Shown here one piece after another: positions 28,744 through 39,090 of a DNA stretch of 64,000 nt. Each line of letters starts with the position of its first letter. The first letter of the stretch is position 1. The position numbers and the translations under genes are program-made. Source of the stretch: Phormidesmis sp. (GTDB lineage: Bacteria > Cyanobacteriota > Cyanobacteriia > Leptolyngbyales > Leptolyngbyaceae); the NCBI GenBank assembly GCA_965248535.1, contig CBDFJR010000002.1:224001-288000 (forward strand), in the 5' to 3' direction. The notes under the pieces were generated by a model. That model saw only the letters and a list, made by a program, of their open reading frames with translations, did not search any database and was not told the DNA's origin.

Positions 28744-30063
28744 GTGACATCCTCCCCCCCAACCGCTAGGCGTTATGGAGCGGGCTTCTCAAAGTCGACT
28801 TTGAGGTTTCCTGCTTCATCGGGGTTCCCAGGCAACCTTCCTCCACAGGCAGTATCACGGTGTGTCCCACCGCTACAAGTCCACGCTGCCTCACCACTTG
28901 GGCGGCAGCCACATCTCGGTCAGTGACATATCCACACTCCCCACACTCATGCACCCGCTCACTCAGGTCTTTCTTTCCGGTCTGCGCTCCGCAGTTGGGG
29001 CAAGTTTGACTTGTCCCGTTGGGGTCTACCTGGGCAAAGAACACGCCGCGCTTCCAACTCACCCATTTGAGGATGTTGAGGAAGCCATCCCATGCAGCAT
29101 CCAGGCTGTTCGTGCAGTGGTCGAATCTTGGCTTGTACTTTCCGGTAGTTCGCAGAACCCTGTTTTTTGTTTCTCAATTTGCGTTGCAGCCATTTCAGCT
29201 TGCCTTGCAAGTCCACAAAGAAGCGGGGTCGTTGAATCAACGCTCCGGTCGAAACCGCCAAGAACTTTTCCAAACCTAAATCAATGCCGATGGGTTCACC
29301 ATGGGGCAAAATATCGGGCACTTGAACCTCACATTGCAGAATCAGTTGGGCGTACCATCCCGATGCTTTCTTCACCACGCGCACTTGCTTGAGGTCGAAC
29401 CCATCGGGAAGGGGACGATGCAAGTTGATGGGCACCAATCCCACCTTCGGCAGCTTAATCTGAGTCCCTCGGAGTGGGCTTGCCCTGAACTGCGGAAACA
29501 CAAACGAGCGAATCTGACCAAACTTTTTGAAGCGCGGGAAACCAAATTCTCGCGCTTTCATGAACTTGAAAGATTTGTCCAGCCGTTTCAGGATGTCTTG
29601 CAACACTTGGGCATCGACTTTCTGAAGGTCTGGACGTTCTTTCTTGGCTTGAGTCAGGGCTTTCTTTTGTTTGTAGTAGTCGGGATAGGGTGCGTTGACT
29701 GGAATGATAAATTCCGCTCTGAGGCTGCAAGCGTTGACGGCGCACTGGCGCGAATTCATCCAGTCTTTGCGCTCTCGCAAGGCAAAGTTGTAGACCTTGC
29801 GACATTGCTCCAACCAGAACAGCATTTCAGCTTCCTGGATGAGGTCTGGATAGATTCGGTAAGTGTAAGTCAGGCTCAACATTCCGCGATTCTAACCCAA
29901 TTAACAATTTTGCTAGAGCGCCTGAGACAGTGGCGTTTCCTCGCCGTGTCCAAGCCTTGGCGCAACATCGTTAAGCAATAGTCAAGGACACAACTCGTCA
30001 ACGCCCTGGCTTTCATCCCACACCAAACGAAGCGGTATGGTGTGGGGTCTCCCGCCGAGTTAG
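28744..30063 (-). mobile_element. Non-autonomous IS200/IS605-family element with inactivated tnpB, about 1.32 kb
   Basis: Minus strand LE: AAATCTAG|CTAACTCGGCGGG-AGAC-CCCACACCA...TGGTGTGGG. RE: GAAG-CCCGCTCCA...TGGGGGGGA-GGATG-TCAC|. Confidence 0.82.
28766..29882 (-). pseudogene. tnpB: tnpB pseudogene (internal deletion with frameshift near 29106)
   Basis: N-part MLSLTYTYRIYP...GIDLGLEKF...RPLHEQ switches frame to LDAAWDGFLNILKWVSWKRG...TSQTCPNCG...CGECG...DRDVAAA; RuvC-II segment missing. Confidence 0.9.
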
Positions 30064-30125
30064 CTAGATTTGGTAATATAGATGCGCTGTTGTCGGAACT
30101 CTCAATGCTTTTTGAACCAGAGAGA

Positions 30126-31052
30126 TTAGGCAGACTTGATGGGAACGATGCCCCGATCGAACACCTGATAATCCGTCCCGATGCCTTGAATCTCTAGGCG
30201 ATCGGCATACACTTCGACTCCAGAAAAGCCAAACCGCGACACAGAATATTCTGTCCACGGCGATCGCCCAACCGGACGCAAATAAGCGCCACCAATGCCC
30301 GTAATCAGATAGGTGGTGCCATCAATAGGACGAGTTCGCTCATAGCTATGCTCGTGACCGTTGATATAAAGCTGAACGCCATGTTTCTTAAAGACTGGTG
30401 TCAGCAGACTAACCATTTCTGGACTGGTGCCATATTGCCCCGACGAATAGATCGGGTGGTGACCATAGACAATTTTCCAGGGTGCTGTGCTGTTGCTCAA
30501 CGCTTGATTGAGCCAAGCGAGTTGCCCCTTCCAATCGGCGTTGGTGTTGGTGTCTAACACAAAGAACTGCGCCGACTGCTCCCGAAATGTGTAGTGCCGC
30601 CCCTGCATGTTGTATCCGGCATAGCTCAATTGCGGCTCACCGTTGGCATTGCGAATGTCGTGGTTGCCCAAACAAGCGTGAAATTTGACTCCCTGCTTGA
30701 GCAATGTGGCATAAGGCTGCTCAAACACTGCCCCAATTTTCTCCATTTCGCCATTGGTGTAGATGTTGTCACCCGCCAGCACTGCCAGCGAATAGGGATT
30801 TTTCTGATAGTAGTGAGTCATCGCCTCCGAGACGGCATTCTGATTATGATCGCCCGCTCCCACGTCGGCCACTGCCACAAATCGCAGCACCAGATCTTTT
30901 TGGGTAGAAGGCCCGATCGCAGTTGTTGCCCCCGCCTTGAGTGGAGAGCCTGCCGATTGAGATGACGGCCCGATCAGGGTTTTTGCGATCGCGGCCAACC
31001 CTAGACCACTCAACCCACCCACGATCAGAAATTTGCGGCGTTTTAAGCTCAT
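30126..31052 (-). CDS. Tat-exported calcineurin-like metallophosphoesterase (purple acid phosphatase-like)
   Basis: Twin-Arg KRRKFL signal; DVG, GDNIY, GNHD, GHHP, GHEH. Confidence 0.9.
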   Translation of the reverse strand: MSLKRRKFLIVGGLSGLGLAAIAKTLIGPSSQSAGSPLKAGATTAIGPSTQKDLVLRFVAVADVGAGDHNQNAVSEAMTHYYQKNPYSLAVLAGDNIYTNGEMEKIGAVFEQPYATLLKQGVKFHACLGNHDIRNANGEPQLSYAGYNMQGRHYTFREQSAQFFVLDTNTNADWKGQLAWLNQALSNSTAPWKIVYGHHPIYSSGQYGTSPEMVSLLTPVFKKHGVQLYINGHEHSYERTRPIDGTTYLITGIGGAYLRPVGRSPWTEYSVSRFGFSGVEVYADRLEIQGIGTDYQVFDRGIVPIKSA

Positions 31053-31171
31053 AGTCTAAATTGTGTGAGAGAACAAAGGGCTAGCGCAAAATGGTAAATT
31101 GATGCTCGTAGAGTGGCACCTGTTAAAAGGAACTGCCGATGTCTGTTTGTGCCGCCTCAAAGGAGATTTGT

Positions 31172-32315
31172 ATGCCCCAAGCCCGCAAAGGAGATTTGTA
31201 TCAAGACGACCCCAATCAGCCAGACGCTTCTGAGGCAAAATCGCCTCCACCCAGTGTGGCACAGTCGCCCCTCACCTCTGAGCATGCTCCCAGTTTAACA
31301 AAAGTGCATAAAACTGCCGGGCACGCTTCTGAGGCAAAATCGCCTCCACCCAGTGTGGCACAGCCCCTCACCTCTCCAGATTCTGCCTTGGCTGCGATCG
31401 GTGAGCATTAGACTCTTACAAACCACTGTTCAGGCTCTTGAAAGCACGATCGCCAAGCTAGAAGCCGATACGTCAACCGGGGCAACGTTGCCCATCTCGC
31501 CCAAACTGCAAACCCAGATGCGATCGCTGTGGGAACGCTTGGTGCCTTTGCTGAAAAAGGTTTGGCACTGGTTTGTGCCTCTCTGGGCCAAGCTTTTGAC
31601 TCAAATTAGAACTCGACTGCCCGAAAACCTAAGTCAGACGCTCACCGATCGTGCTCTTTCTAGCGTTGTTGCAGGTGTTCTCATCCTCGTGCTGTGGACG
31701 ACTTCTAACCTGTTTGCGTCCAAACCACCAACCCAAGTGGCGATCGTGCCCCAACCCGTTCAAAAAACGGCTCCTGTTCCTAAAGTCTCGCCCGCGTCTA
31801 AACCCATTCAGCCAGAATTTGGTAGTCCTGCTCCGCAGCCGATTCCGACGGAGTTGACCGCCCCCGAACCGGAGAAGCCCGCCCCCGCGATCGCCGAGAT
31901 CCCGGCTGAACCTGTTGCTCCCAGCCCTGAACCGACTCCGATCGTAGAACCCATTCTTGAACTAGAGAAGCCTGCACTGCCAGTTGTTGAACTTACTCCA
32001 GAGCAGAAACTGATCGCTTCGGTGCAAGATCAAGTAGTTGCTGTGGCTGACCCTTATAGCAGTGGGTTGATTCAGGCGATTAAGCCCAACTTTGGCAGCA
32101 GTCGGTTAAGCGTTTTGGTGGGCAACGGTTGGTATGGGCTGGAGCGATCGCAGCAAGATAAACTCGGTGACGACCTGTTGAAACGCGCTCAAGAACTCGA
32201 TTTCAGCAGGTTAGAAATCACCGATGCCCAAGGAAATCTGCTGGCGCGCAGTCCGGTGGTTGGTTCAACGATGGTGATTTTAACGCGCAAGGCAGAAGCC
32301 CAGAAAACCGTTTAA
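31172..32315 (+). CDS. Pro-rich single-TM hypothetical protein, apparently frameshifted near 31370 (ORFs 31172-31411 and 31353-32315)
   Basis: AAGGAG RBS plus ATG at 31172; the downstream frame carries a TM helix, Pro-rich linker and a C-terminal domain (LTPEQ.LIA...LLARSPVVG). Confidence 0.65.
31224..31375 (+). repeat. Direct repeat with about 41 bp identical core, copies 99 bp apart
   Basis: ACGCTTCTGAGGCAAAATCGCCTCCACCCAGTGTGGCACAG at 31224 and 31323, each followed by CCCCTCACCTCT (first copy has an extra TCG). Confidence 0.9.
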
Positions 32316-32998
32316 TCAGGCAGCACCGAGCGATAAGCCTTCACCAGCAAATCAATGCCTGTGATCGCCGTCCCCACAACTACGGTGGTTGCTCCTAGCT
32401 CGATCGCTTGTCTCGCCATTTCTGGAGACGCAATTCCGCCTTCACAAATCACCGGGATTTTTAGCACTTTAACCATCTGAGTAAGCAGGTCAAATCCTGG
32501 TGGTGCTAGGTGTTGAGTCTCAGCCGTGTAGCCGTAGAGAGTCGTGCCAACGCAATCGGCTCCAGCTTCAGCGGCCGCGATCGCCGCCTCTAACGAATCA
32601 ACATCAGCCATCACAGGCTTGTTTAAGTCAGCGTGAATTTGAGCAATCAGCGCCGCCACCGTTGCACCACTGGGTCGATCGCGGAATGTGGCATCGATCG
32701 CGATCACATCTGCGCCCGCCTCAGCAATTTTTGCCGCATGGTCAAATCGGGGCGTAATGTAAACGTCAGACCCCGAAATCTGCTGTTTCCAGAGACCAAT
32801 AATCGGTTTATCGAGCCGTGATCGCACGGCCGCTACATGAGTTGGCGTATCGATTCTGACTCCGGCTGCTCCCTGGTTGACGGCAGCTTGGGCCATCGCA
32901 GCAATCACGGCTGGCTCATGCAAGGGCGAGTCTACCGGAGCCTGACATGAAACCACCAGCCCCCCAAGACTCTGAATCACTTGAGAAAAATCAGCCAT
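32312..32998 (-). CDS. nanE: N-acetylmannosamine-6-phosphate 2-epimerase
   Basis: GLVVSCQA, PIIGLWK, VYITP, GTTLYGYT, EGGI, VVGTAIT. Confidence 0.92.
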   Translation of the reverse strand: MADFSQVIQSLGGLVVSCQAPVDSPLHEPAVIAAMAQAAVNQGAAGVRIDTPTHVAAVRSRLDKPIIGLWKQQISGSDVYITPRFDHAAKIAEAGADVIAIDATFRDRPSGATVAALIAQIHADLNKPVMADVDSLEAAIAAAEAGADCVGTTLYGYTAETQHLAPPGFDLLTQMVKVLKIPVICEGGIASPEMARQAIELGATTVVVGTAITGIDLLVKAYRSVLPD

Positions 32999-33077
32999 TC
33001 TTAGACTCCACTACTCCGCACAGGCATCATAGCAGGGGAGGCGATGGCTGACCTCAACCCTGAACTTCGAGAACTGC

Positions 33078-33629
33078 CTATTCACCTTTTGCAGCTTTGA
33101 CGTTGCTCAACGCCGACTGACTGATGGCCCGCCAGTCGCTTTGCTCGTCATAGCTGCTTCTCACCAACTCAGCGCCGACAAACATCCGGCAAAACAGCAC
33201 ACTTTCGTCACTGCCCGGTTGAGGCGCGATCGTGATCGGCATTCTAAGCTGCTGAGGGGTCAGCAAGGCAACCGACGACAGCAACCCTTTTGAGAAGTGA
33301 GAATCATGGCCAGACTCGACGCAATAGGGGCGATCGCCCTTAATAAATGCCTGAAGTTTAATGACTTCTTTGCCTCGTCGCTCGACTTTCTCAAATTTGA
33401 GGTCTTCGAGATAGCCTGTCAGCGCCGACTGCTGCACTGGGGTCACTTCTCCATCGCGAAGGGTATACCACGGGCAATTATTAGAGCGATTGGCGTAGAT
33501 CCACAGCGTGCTGGGAGTTTCGACGAGTCCCAGTTTGGGCTGTTTGAGTTGGTCAAGAATTTGACTCAACAGGGCGTTTTGCTGAGCGAGAGCGGCTAGC
33601 AGTTGGGCAGTTTCAGAAAGGGTTTGCAT
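33078..33629 (-). CDS. Hypothetical protein (beta-rich core, N-terminal helix)
   Basis: 183-aa ORF with AGGA RBS-like sequence upstream; no family recognised. Confidence 0.8.
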   Translation of the reverse strand: MQTLSETAQLLAALAQQNALLSQILDQLKQPKLGLVETPSTLWIYANRSNNCPWYTLRDGEVTPVQQSALTGYLEDLKFEKVERRGKEVIKLQAFIKGDRPYCVESGHDSHFSKGLLSSVALLTPQQLRMPITIAPQPGSDESVLFCRMFVGAELVRSSYDEQSDWRAISQSALSNVKAAKGE

Positions 33630-33682
33630 GATCGATTCCTGCTGAGGAGGGTGAGCAATTAGTGACTTAACTCAAGAAGTTT

Positions 33683-33702
33683 TATAGGACATACGTTCTA
33701 TA
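33683..33702. promoter_or_regulatory. Palindromic operator resembling a LexA/SOS box
   Basis: TATAGGAC-ATAC-GTTCTATA (7/8-bp inverted repeat, 4-nt spacer) about 54 bp upstream of the 33629 start. Confidence 0.5.
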
Positions 33703-33779
33703 ATTTTAGTGGTTTATCAAGAGACTGTCAGCAGTTTGGGCCGATCGCCTCGTGACTTGATCCTCCTCAGCTTTCCCGA

Positions 33780-35570
<1,791 letters not shown>

Positions 35571-35589
35571 CTACCGAGTCGTCGGTCTA

Positions 35590-35997
35590 CTAGCTGCTTG
35601 ACTTGGCATTCGCTGGGTGCAGCTTTTGACGCTGCTCATCGGTTAAAACTGCATCTTCTTGGCTGCGTCCCTGCTTTCTGATTGCTGCTACTCTGGTTTT
35701 TTGTTCGCTGGTGAGCTTGATAGAAGCCATCGCTTTGCGGAAGGATTGCCCTTTGCCGCGAGCCGCTTCTAGCTGAGACTGTTGCTCAGGAGTCAGCACC
35801 TTTTGAATCTCTGCATGGGTCATCTCTTGAATCTTTTTAATCTCTGCCTTTTGGTCAGCCGTGAGCTTCAAATCTAAAGGAGCTTTAGCTTGAGTCAGCA
35901 GAGTCGGAGATTGAGCAAAAGCAGGAATCATCGGAACGCAGGTCAGTGTTGCAGCTAGCAGTGCACCGGGGAGGAGCTTGATCAGGTTTAAGTTCAT
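35590..35997 (-). CDS. Spy/CpxP-like (LTxxQ motif) periplasmic protein
   Basis: Signal peptide ending AFA; LTADQ, LTPEQ, LTSEQ, LTDEQ. Confidence 0.85.
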   Translation of the reverse strand: MNLNLIKLLPGALLAATLTCVPMIPAFAQSPTLLTQAKAPLDLKLTADQKAEIKKIQEMTHAEIQKVLTPEQQSQLEAARGKGQSFRKAMASIKLTSEQKTRVAAIRKQGRSQEDAVLTDEQRQKLHPANAKSSS

Positions 35998-36076
35998 CGT
36001 TGGTAGTGAAAGGGTAGGTTTACGATCGAGCCAAATGATTTTGGCAACACGAAAAAATCAACGTCGCGGATCAGGT

Positions 36077-36310
36077 CTAGCTAGCAAACTCAATTTCATA
36101 GTTGCCGTCACTATCGACCGTGACTTGATTGCCTTCATCGTCGATCGTCGAGATAGCAACGTTACCGTCTTCATCGGCGCAAACTGCCGTGTCAACACCG
36201 TTGTGAGCGCATTCGACTTCTCCACCTGCTTTTGCAGAGTGAGCAAACACCAGTAGACTAGCGGCTGTCACCATTGCAACCGTGCAAACAGAAAAAAGTT
36301 TTTTCATCAT
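36077..36310 (-). CDS. Small secreted acidic protein
   Basis: Signal peptide ending AKA; about 50-aa acidic mature part with two Cys. Confidence 0.7.
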   Translation of the reverse strand: MMKKLFSVCTVAMVTAASLLVFAHSAKAGGEVECAHNGVDTAVCADEDGNVAISTIDDEGNQVTVDSDGNYEIEFAS

Positions 36311-36573
36311 AGTCGGCGGTATCCAAAGTGTGAACTAACCCCATCCAAGGCTAGCAATGGGTCTAACCTAGCCAAGAAACCGCTTTTCTCTATGAGAAGA
36401 ACTTCTGTGAACGATCAAAAGGTTAATCGAGACTCTGTTAATTTTACGGATTGCTGAGTTGAGGGAAAGGATAAGGACGAGTCAACTTTCAGCAGGCAAC
36501 AATTCCATCACAGGTCTGCCTTTGCACTAAGATACGACCACAGTTTACGATCGCTCCCTCTCCCCTATCCTCT

Positions 36574-38352
36574 ATGCAAAGATTTCTAGGGCTGGCATTT
36601 TTGATGGTGCTGCTGGTGACGCTGCCAAGTTGGGCTAGCCAATCGCTGGGGGTGGCCTATCCGCCTGCTGATCACCAAACGACAGCATCGCGAATTTTTT
36701 TGATTGGCACGGCTCCGATCGGGGGACAAGTTTCGGTCAATGGTCGCGCCATCGATCGCAGCCCCGGCGGACATTTTGCCCCCAGTTTTCCCTTGCAGTT
36801 AGGTGATAATTTATTTTCTCTGCGCTATCAAACGCAAGAACTCAAGATTAAGGTAACGCGCAAATCGGCAGAGCCGCCTGCCCCGACCGGATTGGCGTTT
36901 GGTCAAAATTCTTTAATGCCGATCGCAAATATTGCCCGGTTGCCCGGAGAGTTGGTTTGTTTTGGAGCCGTCGCGCCTGCCAATGCAATGGTGTCGGTTA
37001 AACTGGCCGATCGGATCATTCCGCTCCAGCAGCAAACAGCGATCGTCACCTTGCCCGAAAATTCCGGCGTGTTAACCGGATTAACTCAACCCACGAGCGC
37101 CAGCGAAGCAGGACAGTATGCAGGATGCGTTAAAGCTGAGGCGGCTGGAGAATTGGGTCAGCCTCAATATCTGCTCAACGTCAAGGGAGCCAGCTTTGCT
37201 CAAGTGGCTCCTGGAGCAATCAGAATTCTCGCTCCTGCCCAGCTAGAAGTGGCCGAAGTCACGGCTGATCAGGGCGTTGCTCGAACTGGAGCCAGCACCG
37301 ATTATTCTCGCTTGACCCCGCTGCCCAAAGGAACTCGTGCCACCGTGACCGGGCAAGATGGAGAATGGCTCAGGCTCGACTATGGGGGATGGATTAAGAA
37401 GAGTGAGACGAAAATTGTGGACAGTTCGGTGCCTGTGCGATCGCTGATTCGTGGCATCACCTCCCGTCAAACCGGGGCTTGGACAGAGATCCGGTTCCCG
37501 CTGCAAGTGCCCATTCCAATTACAGTTCAGCAAAGCCAAAACACCTTTGTTTTAACGCTCTATGACACCACGGCTCAGACTGATACGATTCGCCTCAGCA
37601 GCAATCCGTTGGTCACTTTTTTAAACTGGCAGCAAGTCGAACCCGGCAAAGTTGAGTATCGATTCTTGCTCAAGTCTTCTCAGCAGTGGGGCTATAAGCT
37701 TAGATATGACGGCACCACGCTGGTTTTGTCGCTGCGAAAGCCGCCGATCGTGCCCAGCAACCCGCAAAAATCTCTGACAGGGGTGCGAATTTTGCTTGAC
37801 CCAGGGCACGGCGGGCCAGAGGATTTTGGGTCGAGAGGCCCGACGGGCTATCCTGAAAAAGAAGTGGCCTTGCTGTTGGCGAAATTAGTGCGATCGCATC
37901 TCATCCAGCGCGGGGCGATTGTGACGATGACGCGGGAAGCAGATGTGGACTTGTTGCCCAACGATCGGGCCGCGATGATTCAAAAAACAGAGCCAGCGAT
38001 CGCCATTAGCCTGCACTACAATGCGTTGCCCGATGATGGTGACGCAATCAACACGCAAGGCGTGGCCGCCTTTTGGTATCATCCTCAAGCCCATGACTTA
38101 GCGGCGTTTTTGCAGAATTATTTGGTCAAAAAGCTCGATCGTCCTTCTTATGGAGTGTTTTGGAACAATTTAGCCTTGACTCGCCCGACGGTCGCCCCGT
38201 CTATCTTGTTAGAGCTAGGCTTTATGATCAACCCTCACGAATTTGAATGGATCATTAATCCGCAGGCACAGCAGACCCTAGCGGTCACCCTCGCTGATGG
38301 AATCACAGAATGGTTAGGGCAAAACCGTGAGCCGATCGCGAACAGTCATTAG
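36574..38352 (+). CDS. N-acetylmuramoyl-L-alanine amidase (Amidase_3) with SH3b-like domain
   Basis: ILLDPGHGG, PEKEV, ISLHYNA, ILLELGFM; signal peptide. Confidence 0.9.
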   Translation: MQRFLGLAFLMVLLVTLPSWASQSLGVAYPPADHQTTASRIFLIGTAPIGGQVSVNGRAIDRSPGGHFAPSFPLQLGDNLFSLRYQTQELKIKVTRKSAEPPAPTGLAFGQNSLMPIANIARLPGELVCFGAVAPANAMVSVKLADRIIPLQQQTAIVTLPENSGVLTGLTQPTSASEAGQYAGCVKAEAAGELGQPQYLLNVKGASFAQVAPGAIRILAPAQLEVAEVTADQGVARTGASTDYSRLTPLPKGTRATVTGQDGEWLRLDYGGWIKKSETKIVDSSVPVRSLIRGITSRQTGAWTEIRFPLQVPIPITVQQSQNTFVLTLYDTTAQTDTIRLSSNPLVTFLNWQQVEPGKVEYRFLLKSSQQWGYKLRYDGTTLVLSLRKPPIVPSNPQKSLTGVRILLDPGHGGPEDFGSRGPTGYPEKEVALLLAKLVRSHLIQRGAIVTMTREADVDLLPNDRAAMIQKTEPAIAISLHYNALPDDGDAINTQGVAAFWYHPQAHDLAAFLQNYLVKKLDRPSYGVFWNNLALTRPTVAPSILLELGFMINPHEFEWIINPQAQQTLAVTLADGITEWLGQNREPIANSH

Positions 38353-38385
38353 AATGGTAAGAACACCACAAGGGGAGCGCAATTG

Positions 38386-39090
38386 ATGCCGGGGCAACTA
38401 GTATTAGTCGATGATGAACCGGGACTCCGCGAAGCGGTGCAAGCCTATTTAGAAGACAGTGGTTTTGTAGTCAACACAGCCAGCAATGCCAAAGAAGGCT
38501 GGGAACTGGTTCAGCAAAAACTACCTGACCTGGTGATCACGGATGTGATGATGCCTCAGGTCGATGGCTACCAGTTTCTTAAACAACTCCGAGAAGATCC
38601 TAGATTTCAATCGCTGCCCGTGGTCTTTCTCACGGCTAGAGGCATGACGGGCGATCGCATTCAGGGCTATGCGGCGGGCTGTGATGCCTATTTGCCCAAA
38701 CCCTTTGACCCTGATGAACTGGTGGCGATCGTGACTCGCTTGCTCAAACAGCGTGAATCGCTGAAAGCATCGGGTGGCAGCGGTGAAGCGCCCGACGTTG
38801 CCGACATGGCCCGCCAAATCGCCGAAATCAAAGCCATCTTGACCCAGCGCGGGGCCATCGTTCAATCAACGTCTTCAGTCAAGCTTGACTTTACTCCTAG
38901 AGAGCAAAGCGTTTTAGATCTGGTTGTAGACGGTCTGATGAATAAAGAAATTGCTCGTCGGTTAGAAACCAGCGTTCGCAACGTCGAAAAATATGTCAGT
39001 CGTCTATTCACTAAAACAGGCACCAATAGCCGGACGGAGCTAGTGCGATTTGCGCTAGAAAACGGCTTGACTACCTCAGCTACTCACTGA
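38386..39090 (+). CDS. ycf29: NarL/LuxR response regulator, Ycf29/Rre1-type
   Basis: LVDDEPGLREAVQAYL, DVMMP, KPFDP; HTH GLMNKEIARRLETSVRNVEKYVSRLF. Confidence 0.85.
   Translation: MPGQLVLVDDEPGLREAVQAYLEDSGFVVNTASNAKEGWELVQQKLPDLVITDVMMPQVDGYQFLKQLREDPRFQSLPVVFLTARGMTGDRIQGYAAGCDAYLPKPFDPDELVAIVTRLLKQRESLKASGGSGEAPDVADMARQIAEIKAILTQRGAIVQSTSSVKLDFTPREQSVLDLVVDGLMNKEIARRLETSVRNVEKYVSRLFTKTGTNSRTELVRFALENGLTTSATH

Noticed and set aside
28862..29981. ORFs of 176 aa and 226 aa on the + strand as a possible tnpA
   Set aside because: Antisense to the tnpB pseudogene; no convincing HUH/Y1 or serine-recombinase architecture.
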